Below are positions 18,375 to 28,026 of a stretch of DNA of 64,000 nucleotides, piece by piece. The position numbers were made by a program, and so were the translations under genes. The notes beneath the pieces were generated by a model. The model did no database searches and was not told where the DNA came from. It worked only from the letters and a program-made list of their open reading frames with translations. Each line of letters opens with the position of its first letter. The first letter of the stretch is position 1. Origin of the DNA: an uncultured delta proteobacterium (lineage in GTDB: Bacteria > Desulfobacterota > Desulfobacteria > Desulfobacterales > SG8-13); the NCBI GenBank assembly GCA_963848135.1, contig CAWKCK010000004.1:62001-126000 (forward strand), given 5' to 3'.

Positions 18375-20414
18375 TCAGGCGCCTTTGAACTCAGGGCGTC
18401 GGCGTCCTACCGATGACAGACCCTCGAGGGCGTCGGCCGTGGAAAAGATATCCTGCAATTGTTCCAGTTCGATCTCGACCGCTTCGGTCATCGGTTTGCC
18501 GACTTGCCGATCGATGATGGCATTGGCCGCTTTCAGCGCCAGCGGTGCCTTGAAACTGATGATTTTAGCCGTTTTAGCAGCCAGTGCGTCATCGACTCCT
18601 TCAGGCGGTTTTCCTGATAACAGACGCGTCACGTTCGCGGGAGATCCCAAAGTAGCCAGTGCTTCAAAGCGTGCGGGAATATCGCGCCGGAAATACTTGT
18701 CCGGTTTCCCTTGCGCGATAAAATCCTCGAGGGCCGCATCGATTTCGATTGGTGCGACAAGGCGGGTGATGATGCCAAGGGCATGGGCGTTTTCTGCGCT
18801 GATCGGCATACCGGTGAAGACGTAGTATTTGGCCAGCTCCGGTCCCACGTGACGGGCGAGTCGCAACATACCGCCCAGACCGGGGTAGATGCCGATACCG
18901 GTTTCAGGAAATCCCATCGAGCCGGCCGGGGTGGCGACGATCGCCTGGCAGGCCAAGGCCAATTCACTGCCGCCGCCAAGGGAGAGACCGTCCAGCAGAG
19001 CGATCGTCAGTTTGGGGCAATTTTCGATCTGCAGCAGAAGTTCGTGTCCTTTGCGGGTAAAGTCGACGATTTCGGGGATCTTGCCGGACTTGATCTTGTT
19101 GACGAAATAGCGGATGTCGGCGCCGGCCACAAAAGCCTTGCCGGCACCCTGGAGAACGATCGCTTTGACAACCGGATTCGACTCGGCTTCTGTAAACCTC
19201 GCCGTCAGTTGAGCCACCACCGCTTCGTTGAGTGAGTTCATGGCCTCAGGACGGTTGAGTGTAATGTTGGCAATGCCGTTCTTGATGGCCAGGTCGACGT
19301 AGCTGAAAGAAAAGGGTTCACCGGTGGTTTTTTGCCGCGAAAGGATTGCCGGCATTTTGAAATCCGGGTACTTGCGCACAACGGTATCGACCGCCGCGTA
19401 GGTGGCGTCGATGCCGATCTTGTTCATGATTTCGAAAGGGCCCATGATCCAGCGCAGCCCGATTTTAGCACCGCGATCGGTATCCTCGATCGAAGCCACA
19501 CCCTCATCGACCAAGGCGGCGGCCACACCGAGGCAAACGCCGTAGAATCGTTCGATTACCGGTTGAAGTTTCGATTCGTCGACATCACCGTCGAGATTCC
19601 AGTTCACCCCTTTTTCTTTTTGAGATTTCAGCAGTTCACAGGGGGCATAGAACGGGCCCAGTTCTTCGCCGAGGGTCGTCGCCGCGTGCACGGCGATCGG
19701 GATACCGGTCACGTTCATCAACATGAAAGGTCCCATGCCGATTTTGAAGGCCTTTTTGGCGGCCTCTTCGATGGTCGGAATATCAGCCAGATTTTCCTCG
19801 AGCATTCGGGCCGCTTCGTTCAGGAAAGGGACGAAAAAACGGTTGACCGCAAAGCCGGGTGCGTCTTTGACGACAATGGCGGTCTTGCCATGCAGTTTGG
19901 CGGCCAGGAGGGACTTTTCGAGGGTGATCTGGCTCGTTTTTTCGTAAGGGATGACTTCGAGCAGGCGATTTTTGGCCGGGTGGTAGAAGTAATGCAAGCC
20001 GATGAAGCGGTCGGGCCGGTTTGTTTGGTCGGCAAAGTCGCGAACGTAGAAACTTGAGGTGTTGGTTGCCAGGATCGTCTTTTCGTCACAAGCTTGGTCA
20101 AGCTTTCTGAATAGGTCGGATTTGACGTTTTTGTCTTCGAAAACGGCCTCAATGACCAGATCTGCATCCGCTACTGCAGCGTAATCGGTGGCTCCCGTCA
20201 CGCGAGAAAGAATATCGTCGACTTGTCCCGGCGTAAAAATTTTTCGCTCGACACCTTCCTTGAGCATCTTTTCAATCGTATCCATGCCGCGCTGGACAAA
20301 TTCGTCTTTCATGTCCACCATGACAACCTGAATGCCCTCTTGGGCGAACTTCTGAGCGATGCCGCTGCCCATATTACCGGCACCGATCACGCCGACTTTA
20401 TTGATCTGTGACAT
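18375..20414 (-). CDS. 3-hydroxyacyl-CoA dehydrogenase / enoyl-CoA hydratase fusion
   Basis: GAGNMGSG, EAVFE, TNTSS, PGFAVNR; C-terminal crotonase AFVAGADI, LGGGSELA, PETGIG. Confidence 0.9.
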   Translation of the reverse strand: MSQINKVGVIGAGNMGSGIAQKFAQEGIQVVMVDMKDEFVQRGMDTIEKMLKEGVERKIFTPGQVDDILSRVTGATDYAAVADADLVIEAVFEDKNVKSDLFRKLDQACDEKTILATNTSSFYVRDFADQTNRPDRFIGLHYFYHPAKNRLLEVIPYEKTSQITLEKSLLAAKLHGKTAIVVKDAPGFAVNRFFVPFLNEAARMLEENLADIPTIEEAAKKAFKIGMGPFMLMNVTGIPIAVHAATTLGEELGPFYAPCELLKSQKEKGVNWNLDGDVDESKLQPVIERFYGVCLGVAAALVDEGVASIEDTDRGAKIGLRWIMGPFEIMNKIGIDATYAAVDTVVRKYPDFKMPAILSRQKTTGEPFSFSYVDLAIKNGIANITLNRPEAMNSLNEAVVAQLTARFTEAESNPVVKAIVLQGAGKAFVAGADIRYFVNKIKSGKIPEIVDFTRKGHELLLQIENCPKLTIALLDGLSLGGGSELALACQAIVATPAGSMGFPETGIGIYPGLGGMLRLARHVGPELAKYYVFTGMPISAENAHALGIITRLVAPIEIDAALEDFIAQGKPDKYFRRDIPARFEALATLGSPANVTRLLSGKPPEGVDDALAAKTAKIISFKAPLALKAANAIIDRQVGKPMTEAVEIELEQLQDIFSTADALEGLSSVGRRRPEFKGA

Positions 20415-20520
20415 TTGGCCTCCTCTGTCGTTTTCAGCGATCCGTGTTCGTATAGCGGGTTACGATTGACTTGAAGACATCTCAAAAAGTCTTTTCACCC
20501 GATATCGGTGTTGAGTCCTT

Positions 20521-21291
20521 TTACTTGTTTCTCCACTCCGGGCGGCGTTTTTCTTCGAAGCTGCGAATGCCTTCCAGCGTATCCTCGGTTTTCATCAGCT
20601 CGTTGAGGAAAAGGTCGCTGACCCCTTCAAGCGCATCGGTAAAACTGAGCCCAAGATGCTTTTTCACCGCGCGTTTGTTAAGGCGGATGATCAACGGGCT
20701 GGAGGTTCGGATTTCACTGATGAGCTGATCGACGGTTTCGGTCAGTTTGTCGTCTGCGGCGACATAAGCCACGAACCCCATCTGTTGGGCCTCTTCGGCA
20801 CTATAGCGCTTTCCCGTGGTGCAGACCTCGATGGCTCTGGTAGGACCGACAAGTTGCGGGAGGCGCACCGCCGCATACGGCGGAAAGAAGCCGAGTTTGA
20901 TTTCCGGTTGACCGAAGGTGGCTGACTTTGCAGCGACGACGATATCACAGGCAATGGCCACTTCCATGCCACCACCCAGGCAGGCACCCTGTACTCCGGC
21001 GATGACGGGTACGTCGATGTTCTCGATGCTTTTGAAGATGCCGTTGAATGCGGCAATCATGTCAGGCGCCATTTCCGGTTTGTGGTCGGCGACTTCCACG
21101 CCGGCACACCAACTAGGCCCCTCGCCGAGGATCACAATGCATTTGAGGGTGGTGTCGGTCTGCAGCATGTCGAGTTCAGTGGTGAATTCTGCCATCATGT
21201 CGATGTTGAGAACGTTATGCTTGGGACGGTCGAAGGTGATGCGGGCGATGCCGTCAGATTTTTTAACCTTCAAATACTCATAAGTCGTCAT
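20521..21291 (-). CDS. dch: Enoyl-CoA hydratase, probably cyclohexa-1,5-diene-1-carbonyl-CoA hydratase
   Basis: RPKHNVL, WCAGVEVADH, CLGGGME, FGQPEIKLGFFPP, LFLNELMKTED; context. Confidence 0.75.
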   Translation of the reverse strand: MTTYEYLKVKKSDGIARITFDRPKHNVLNIDMMAEFTTELDMLQTDTTLKCIVILGEGPSWCAGVEVADHKPEMAPDMIAAFNGIFKSIENIDVPVIAGVQGACLGGGMEVAIACDIVVAAKSATFGQPEIKLGFFPPYAAVRLPQLVGPTRAIEVCTTGKRYSAEEAQQMGFVAYVAADDKLTETVDQLISEIRTSSPLIIRLNKRAVKKHLGLSFTDALEGVSDLFLNELMKTEDTLEGIRSFEEKRRPEWRNK

Positions 21292-21391
21292 TGCTAATCA
21301 TCCTTTTTTCTTAATTTGGACAACGGCGGGAGCAAATGGTGTGGCAGCCACAACGGGAACCTGCCGCCTCTACGCCTTGAACGCCTGGGGC

Positions 21392-21826
21392 CTATGCTTT
21401 TTTAAACACGTAATTCAACTGTCCGTTGGGCAAGGCGTTTGCGGTGGTGACCATTTCCATACCCACATTCAATTCACTTTCCTTTAAACCGGTGTCAATC
21501 CTTCCGAACACCTTAAAATCGCCGTAATCGAGCAGGGCAATACAGTAAGGCACATCGTCCTGGAATCCGACCGGAGCAAACTCCAGCCGGCTGTAAGTGA
21601 CCAGGCGGCCCTTACCGTTAATCTCGAACCATTCCATATTACCCGTCAGACACTGGTAGCAGTCGGCCCGCGGAGGGAAGAATACCAGACCGCAGTCCTT
21701 GCAGCGGGTTCCGGTCACCTTGCCTTCCTCCAAGTGGCCGATAAAGTCGTTTACCTTTGTAATACCGGTAAAGCTCACCGTTCCGAATTTATTGAAGCGG
21801 TCGTCCACCTCTTTCACTTTACTCAT
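21392..21826 (-). CDS. DUF35-type Zn-ribbon/OB-fold protein (thiolase partner)
   Basis: CKDCG..FFPPRADCYQC, GRLVTYS; overlaps the thiolase stop codon. Confidence 0.88.
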   Translation of the reverse strand: MSKVKEVDDRFNKFGTVSFTGITKVNDFIGHLEEGKVTGTRCKDCGLVFFPPRADCYQCLTGNMEWFEINGKGRLVTYSRLEFAPVGFQDDVPYCIALLDYGDFKVFGRIDTGLKESELNVGMEMVTTANALPNGQLNYVFKKA

Positions 21827-22995
21827 GACGCCCTCCCGAGAATGGTCACGTTGCCGTAGAGGCCAACGCCGCCGATGTTGTGAATCAGTCCAATGGCAGG
21901 ATCCTTGACTTGAATGTCACCGGCCTCGTCCCTGAGCTGCAGGACAATCGTTCGAATCTGAGAGCCACCGGTGGCGCCGATCGGATGCCCTTTTGACAAC
22001 AATCCGCCGTCGACATTGACCGGTATGCTACCTTCCTTGTAAGTTTCTTTACCGCGAATCAGATCCTTGCCTTCTCCGGGTTTTGCAAAACCCAGATTCT
22101 CATAAGCCATCATCTCGGCAATAGTGAAGCAGTCGTGGACCTCGGCCACATCGACCTGCTTGGGACCAATGCCAGCCATTTCGTAGGCCTGCTGAGCAGC
22201 CTCACGCGCTGCGGAAAGACCCGTAAAAAGGTCTCTACCGGCCAGGTTGACACTGGCCGTTGCCGCGCCGGTTCCAAGGATCCAGACTGGTTTTTTGCAG
22301 AATGTCTTGGCTTTTTCCTCGTTGGCCACGATGATGCATGAACTGCCGTCGGCATTGGCACAGCAATCCCCAACGCGCAGGGGGCTGGCAACCGGCCCAG
22401 ACATGCGGTTGTTCGGGTCGGACAGCATGCCGGTGGTTACCGGCTTGCGGTAAACCGCACGATCGTTCAGTTGACCATAAGTGGCGGCTTTCTCACGGAT
22501 CAGCGCCAAATCTTCCAGGGCCGTTCCAAAGGCGTCCATATGGGCCCGGGCATACATGGCATAATACGCCGGCATCATGGTACCGAAGGGGCTTTCCCAC
22601 TGAATGTCGGCGCCGCGGCCCATGCGTTCCTGGGATTCTGAAGAGGAGATTTCGGACATCTTTTGAAAACCGATCACGGCCACGACGCTGTGAAGGCCCG
22701 ATTTTACAAGGGAATAGGCCATTCGCAGCCCGGTGCTGCTCGACGAACACAGGCTTTCCACATAAAAAGTCGGCTGAGGGTTTAGGCCGAGGTACTCTGC
22801 CAGAACCCCGGCCGGTGACCGCTGTTTGTCGTATTCAGGCGCTGAGCAAACCACCGATGCATCGATGTCGGCGGCCGTAATACCGGCATCGTTGACGGCC
22901 TCCTTGAAGCCTTCGAATACCAACTCTCTAATAGAACCCGGATATTGCCGGACGAAGGTGCTTTGTCCGACACCGATAATGGCTGCTTTTTCCAT
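21823..22995 (-). CDS. SCP2-type thiolase
   Basis: LCSSS, EVHDCF, GGLLSKGHPIGATG, HNIGG. Confidence 0.88.
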   Translation of the reverse strand: MEKAAIIGVGQSTFVRQYPGSIRELVFEGFKEAVNDAGITAADIDASVVCSAPEYDKQRSPAGVLAEYLGLNPQPTFYVESLCSSSSTGLRMAYSLVKSGLHSVVAVIGFQKMSEISSSESQERMGRGADIQWESPFGTMMPAYYAMYARAHMDAFGTALEDLALIREKAATYGQLNDRAVYRKPVTTGMLSDPNNRMSGPVASPLRVGDCCANADGSSCIIVANEEKAKTFCKKPVWILGTGAATASVNLAGRDLFTGLSAAREAAQQAYEMAGIGPKQVDVAEVHDCFTIAEMMAYENLGFAKPGEGKDLIRGKETYKEGSIPVNVDGGLLSKGHPIGATGGSQIRTIVLQLRDEAGDIQVKDPAIGLIHNIGGVGLYGNVTILGRAS

Positions 22996-23033
22996 GATGT
23001 TGTCCGTCCTTTATTTAAAGATTCAGCAAGTCA

Positions 23034-23783
23034 TCAAATATACTGACCGCCGTCGACCTTGATGATTTCACCGGTGATATGCCGGGCCTTGTCGGATGCC
23101 AGGAAGGCGACGACATTGGCCAGATCCTCCGGAAGACCCACCCGTTTGAGAACGATTTCGGCCATGGCCATATCGATGATCTTGTCGCGGGCCTCCGAAT
23201 CCCTGAGCATGGCGGTTTCGATCAGCCCCGGTGCCACCGCATTGACGTTCACGCCGAATGCGCCCAGTTCCTTGGCCAGGGCTTTTGTCAATCCAATGAT
23301 GCCGGCCTTCGAGGCTGAATAGTTCATCTGGCCGAATTTACCGCGCAGACCGTTGATTGAAGTGATATTGATGACCTTGCCGTACTTTTGATCTTTGAAG
23401 ATCGGCGCCGAGTGGCGGATAAAGTTAAAGTATCCCTTTAGGTTGACTTCGAGGACCCGGTCCCATTGCTCTTCGGTCATTTTCCAGGACACGCCATCCC
23501 AGTTCATTCCGGCGTTGTTGACCAGAATCTGAAGGCTGCCGAAGGCGTCCATAGCGGCCTGAACCGTGGCGGCGGCTTCGGTAAAAGAAGAGATGTCGCA
23601 TTTGACAGGCAGGGCTTTGCGCCCCAACGCCTGAATGTCATCGGCATATTGGTGGGCGTCCTCTTCGTGGCTGCGGTAGGTCAGGCACACGTTGGCGCCC
23701 TCACGGGCGAGTTCAAGGGCAATCGCTGCTCCGATGCCTTGAGATCCGCCGGTTACGATTGCATTTTTTCCTTCAAGAAGCAT
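23034..23783 (-). CDS. Short-chain dehydrogenase/reductase (FabG-like, possibly BzdZ-like)
   Basis: TGGSQGIG, NNAG, YSASK, VAPG, VDGG. Confidence 0.9.
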   Translation of the reverse strand: MLLEGKNAIVTGGSQGIGAAIALELAREGANVCLTYRSHEEDAHQYADDIQALGRKALPVKCDISSFTEAAATVQAAMDAFGSLQILVNNAGMNWDGVSWKMTEEQWDRVLEVNLKGYFNFIRHSAPIFKDQKYGKVINITSINGLRGKFGQMNYSASKAGIIGLTKALAKELGAFGVNVNAVAPGLIETAMLRDSEARDKIIDMAMAEIVLKRVGLPEDLANVVAFLASDKARHITGEIIKVDGGQYI

Positions 23784-23798
23784 ATGGATCTCCTCTTT

Positions 23799-24932
23799 TC
23801 AGTCCTGCGGTTTGCCGAGTACAGCCGCCATGAATTCAACGTCAAAGGCGTCGCTGTTGGCCATCCGTCGTCTGTACTCGATGAAATCGATGGTGTCTTT
23901 TCCGGTGATCTTCTTGGTGTTGAACGCATTGAAGCCCAGGTAGGCTTCGGTGTTCATGTTGGCCGCCAACCAGTGGCGATTGATCACCTTGGCCTGATCC
24001 CAGAAAAATTTCTTTTTAAGCCGGATGCCCTCAACACTCTTGATGAGGCAGCCGGGGAACAAGTTGGTATATGTCCAAAGGATTTTGTCGACCTCGGCAT
24101 CCAGCCGATCGAAATCGGTCTGAGCGGTTTTGACGATCTCGCGCGCTTTTTTGGCCTCATCACCGGATTTGAATTCTCCGTAAACGATTTCACCGTCATC
24201 GACGTAACTCCCGGTGATAACCGCCGGGTTGCGGAGCCATCCGCTATCCTGTTTGATGACCGGTACGCATTTTGAGATCAGCCCAAGCCGCTGCATTTTG
24301 TAGGCGCTCCACATTTCGCAGGAGACGCAGTTCCACATGGCCAGTTCCATGGGGAGCATCCAGGGCAGAAAATCAGAGCTACCGCCGTCTGGTGCCGACC
24401 CATGACGCGGGCCGGCCTGCCCGAAGATGGCCAGATCGCTCGATATGGTGGTATCGCATGCCATGCCAATCTCCTGGCCCCCGGCGACGCGCATGCCGTT
24501 GACGCGACAAATGGTCGGTTTTTTACAGGAGAGGATGCTGTCGACCATTGCATTGAACAAATCCATGTAGACGCCATACTCGTTGGGTCTTCCGGCATAA
24601 TACTCGGCATATTCTTTGGTATTACCGCCGGTGCAAAACGCCTTGTCGCCCATACCGGTGAAGACGGCGGCGACGACAGAATTGTCGGCCGAGGCCCGCT
24701 GAAAACCGGCGATGACGCCTTTGACCATCTCGGTCGTATAAGAATTGTATTGTCGGGGATTGTTGAGGGTGATCCAGGCGGAATGCATGCCGTCGATGGG
24801 ATGGCCCTTTGGGTCTCGAATCGGCTTTTTTTCAAATATGACTCCTGGCGCTTGATCGGTAAAATGTTCATCGCCCCAGAGGTAGTGGTTTTTGATACCG
24901 GACTCTCTTGGTAACCATTTTAGATCGGCCAT
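23799..24932 (-). CDS. oah: 6-oxocyclohex-1-ene-1-carbonyl-CoA hydrolase (BamA/Oah)
   Basis: NNPRQYNSYTT, FCTGGNTKEYAEYY, RVAGGQEIGMACD, FGQAGPRHGS, WLAANMNTEA. Confidence 0.95.
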   Translation of the reverse strand: MADLKWLPRESGIKNHYLWGDEHFTDQAPGVIFEKKPIRDPKGHPIDGMHSAWITLNNPRQYNSYTTEMVKGVIAGFQRASADNSVVAAVFTGMGDKAFCTGGNTKEYAEYYAGRPNEYGVYMDLFNAMVDSILSCKKPTICRVNGMRVAGGQEIGMACDTTISSDLAIFGQAGPRHGSAPDGGSSDFLPWMLPMELAMWNCVSCEMWSAYKMQRLGLISKCVPVIKQDSGWLRNPAVITGSYVDDGEIVYGEFKSGDEAKKAREIVKTAQTDFDRLDAEVDKILWTYTNLFPGCLIKSVEGIRLKKKFFWDQAKVINRHWLAANMNTEAYLGFNAFNTKKITGKDTIDFIEYRRRMANSDAFDVEFMAAVLGKPQD

Positions 24933-25352
24933 AGCGCATCTCCTTAATTTCTAAATGACGTTCAATTCTTGATATATTGTTATATTATAGCTATATATTA
25001 GCTACATTTGGGTGAAGTCAAGAAAAAAATAGCCCGAATCGGCCCTTTGAGGCGCTTTTGAAAACCCGCGGGTGGCCAAAGGAACGAGCAGCGATAACAA
25101 TCCGGAATCGCGGCGGTTTACCGCCGTTAATTTTCCTGCCTGATGTAACTGGGGCGATCCGTAGCGGCCTTGACAATTGACCAACGGTCCTGTTAGGGGG
25201 CAAACGGTACCGACGGGAAACCCGGCAGGTTTAAGGCTATCCTGCGATTTTAGGCGTCGTACACGACCGCTTGTGAGACGTCAATGGTTTGCGGGTTATC
25301 CGGCGGTGTTCAATGGCGCCAGATAAACTCATATCCTTGAGGAGGAGAAGCC

Positions 25353-25907
25353 TTGCGTTACCCCAAAGAAATCGTGCTCAAAGACAAAACCGAAGCCACC
25401 ATTCGTCCCCTCGAAAAAGAAGACGGGGTGAGGTTGAGTGGATTTTACGCTCAGATTCCGGAAAAAGATCGGTGGTACATGCGTCACGATGTCGGCAATC
25501 CTGACGTTGTACGCAAAATGATCGCCGCAATCGGAAAGGGAAACGTACTTTCGACGATTGCGACAGTAGACGAAAAAATTGTGGCCCATTCCAGCTTACT
25601 GATGCGCGGATTCGGATCTACGTGCCATGTGGGAAGGCTCCGCATTGCCGTGTTGCCGGTTCTGAGGCACAAGCGATTGGGAACCTGGATGCTGCTGGAT
25701 CTCATCCAACTGGGAATGGATAATGGACTGGATGATATTCGGGCGGATTTTGTCGTAGGGGTGGAGGACGCGGCGATCGAATCGGCGCGCAAACTCGATT
25801 TTTTCAAAGTTGCGGTACTACCGGAATATGTGAAAAGTCCGCGGGGGACGCGGTACGATTTGCAGGTCATGATCAAACGGTTGCACCGGAACTGGAGCGA
25901 TTTTTAA
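25353..25907 (+). CDS. GNAT family N-acetyltransferase
   Basis: TTG start behind GAGGAG; IRPL..ED, acetyl-CoA motif LRHKRLGT. Confidence 0.8.
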   Translation: MRYPKEIVLKDKTEATIRPLEKEDGVRLSGFYAQIPEKDRWYMRHDVGNPDVVRKMIAAIGKGNVLSTIATVDEKIVAHSSLLMRGFGSTCHVGRLRIAVLPVLRHKRLGTWMLLDLIQLGMDNGLDDIRADFVVGVEDAAIESARKLDFFKVAVLPEYVKSPRGTRYDLQVMIKRLHRNWSDF

Positions 25908-25989
25908 ATTTTAATTCCCAACTATTTGTCGGTGCGCAAAGACCATAGCGCTATCACTTTAGCAGCGGCGGTTTTCCAAAAATAGAACA

Positions 25990-26634
25990 ATGAAATCAAA
26001 GGACATTTTTCGACCAAATGAAAGTCAACGCGCCCTGTACCTCGGGGATGCGGCGATCCGGTCTTTCTGCACACCCGATGAAATCCGTCAGTATGATTTC
26101 AGATCTCGATTTGGTTCCCATGCCCATTACCGCTCACTCTATACCCGCCGGCTCAGCCTCGAGAACAACGCTGCCCAGACCGATGCCAACGTTACTCTGG
26201 CTCTTTTGGATAACCGTCATATCATCGGGTTTGGCGTTCTGGCCTACCCGGAAGCGGATGAACGCTGGGCCCAGCTCGAACCCCAAGTCATGATGGAAGT
26301 CAAGGCCATTGAGGTCAGTTCCGCTTGGCGGTCGAAAGGTTTAGGGAAAAAGATTCTTGGATTATTGATCGATCATCCCCTTATTGAAGATAAAATTGTC
26401 TATATGGTGGGGTATTCATGGACGTGGGACCTTGACGGTACCAGGAAAACAGCCCAGCAGTACCGGAGCATGCTAATCCGCCTATTCGACTCGTTCGGTT
26501 TTATAGAGTATCAGACCAATGAGTCGAACATTTGTCTCAAACCGGAGAATGTCTTTATGGGGCGTGTGGGCAAGAAAGTATCGCCGGATGTGCAAAACGC
26601 TTTCAAATGGCTTCGGTTCGGGATTCGTCCCTGA
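25990..26634 (+). CDS. AcuA-like GNAT protein lysine acetyltransferase
   Basis: AIEVSSAWRSKGLG, IED.I, YSWTWDL.GT, YR, N..M.RVG, matching the AcuA pattern as I recall it. Confidence 0.75.
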   Translation: MKSKDIFRPNESQRALYLGDAAIRSFCTPDEIRQYDFRSRFGSHAHYRSLYTRRLSLENNAAQTDANVTLALLDNRHIIGFGVLAYPEADERWAQLEPQVMMEVKAIEVSSAWRSKGLGKKILGLLIDHPLIEDKIVYMVGYSWTWDLDGTRKTAQQYRSMLIRLFDSFGFIEYQTNESNICLKPENVFMGRVGKKVSPDVQNAFKWLRFGIRP

Positions 26635-27601
26635 TCGGCTCGCTGACAATTTCATTTATTAGGGTTGCCAGTTTTTTCGAGTCGTGTCGCACGATTCCAG
26701 CCGTGCTTTCCAGTAGATCGCGTGCGTAAACCACTCTGTCCTTCCACCAGCCGTCCAGGTCGTCTATCCCGACAAACTCGGCCTTCTGCTTACGGTAACG
26801 CTTCTGCAGTTCGGTGCTCGGTTTGCATTTGTTGTAGATGATTCCGTCGAGTTTCCGCTCAATGGAATCTTCCAGGGTTTTCACGAAGTCGCGCCCGGCA
26901 AACTGGTGGGTTTCACCGAATTTGGTCATAATGTTGAGCACGTAAAGTACGCGCGCTTTGGTTTTTAGCAGGCCTTCCTTTACGCCCGGTACAATCAGGC
27001 TCGCCATGATACTGGTGAAAAGATCCCCGGGTCCGATAATTATTGTATTGGCATTACGTATGGCCTCTAACACCGGTGGATAAACAGTGATGGCGTCGCT
27101 GTGATGCGGGACGAGAAAAACGTCACGGATTTTTTCACGCTGGGTGCCGCGGGGCATGTCGATGGCGGTTTCACCGTAAATTCGCGTGCCATCGGTCAGC
27201 TCCGCTACCAGTGTGGCCTTGTCAATGGTGACCGGAAGGATGCGGCCGCGGACTTCCAAAATTTCCGCCAGCGCCTGAATTCCGGAGGGAAAGCTGCCGG
27301 TGTAACGCGACAGCATTGTCATGAGCATGTTGCCGGCGTTGTGTCCTCGTAAACGACGATCACCGGTGAAGCGCTTCAGGAATATCGTGCGGGCAATTTC
27401 ACGATGGGGGGAGAGGGCCAGGATACATTTAAGGACATCGCCTGGTGGCAGGATTCCCAGCTCGTCCCGCAAGCGGCCGGTGCTGCCGCCGCTGTCGACC
27501 ATGGAGACAACCGCCGTGATGTCCACCGATTCGAGTTCCCGCAAACCGGCAAGCAGGGCGTACTGACCGCTACCGCCGCCTATTGTCAGGATTTTGTACA
27601 T
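26603..27601 (-). CDS. YvcK/GlmR (UPF0052, CofD-like) family protein
   Basis: IGGGSG, VDSGGSTGRLR, PPGD, GHNAGN, GPGDLFTS, VRHD. Confidence 0.88.
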   Translation of the reverse strand: MYKILTIGGGSGQYALLAGLRELESVDITAVVSMVDSGGSTGRLRDELGILPPGDVLKCILALSPHREIARTIFLKRFTGDRRLRGHNAGNMLMTMLSRYTGSFPSGIQALAEILEVRGRILPVTIDKATLVAELTDGTRIYGETAIDMPRGTQREKIRDVFLVPHHSDAITVYPPVLEAIRNANTIIIGPGDLFTSIMASLIVPGVKEGLLKTKARVLYVLNIMTKFGETHQFAGRDFVKTLEDSIERKLDGIIYNKCKPSTELQKRYRKQKAEFVGIDDLDGWWKDRVVYARDLLESTAGIVRHDSKKLATLINEIVSEPIRDESRTEAI

Positions 27602-27675
27602 TAGACTATCCGCGATGATTCATAAATCGTTATCCCAAAGCTGGGGGCCGTCCATGGGAAGTCGGTCGAGGCGGA

Positions 27676-28026
27676 TTAGTCTACCGCCAGTTCTTTCTTA
27701 AGCCAGTTTTTCAGTTCGCCTTCAAGGGCATAGACCCCTTTCAACTCGCAGACCGGCCGCTGGTATTGATTCGGAACTTCAAACTTTGCCAGTTCCACGG
27801 CTTCATCGGAATTGCGGCGGATGAGATAGATGTAATAGGGCTTTGACCAGCAGTTGACAACAAAATAATGTGAGAAGTCATTCTTGGAGCGGATCACGTA
27901 GCCGTCTCCGCGGGCCCAGTTGTTACCCCACTCCAGGTATAGACGAATCGCTTCTTCAGGGGTCATGTCCCAATTGATGATGTCGACCAGATCTCTGTCC
28001 TGCTTGAGTTCCTCGAGGGTCAGCAT
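27676..28026 (-). CDS. DVU0772 family protein
   Basis: INWDMTPEEAIRLYLEWGNNW and YFVVNCW signature, recalled from sulfate reducers. Confidence 0.7.
   Translation of the reverse strand: MLTLEELKQDRDLVDIINWDMTPEEAIRLYLEWGNNWARGDGYVIRSKNDFSHYFVVNCWSKPYYIYLIRRNSDEAVELAKFEVPNQYQRPVCELKGVYALEGELKNWLKKELAVD

Noticed and set aside
25195..25245. GGCAAAC...CGGGAAACCCG resembling a c-di-GMP-I riboswitch
   Set aside because: No GACGCAAAGC or P3 and the spacing is wrong.
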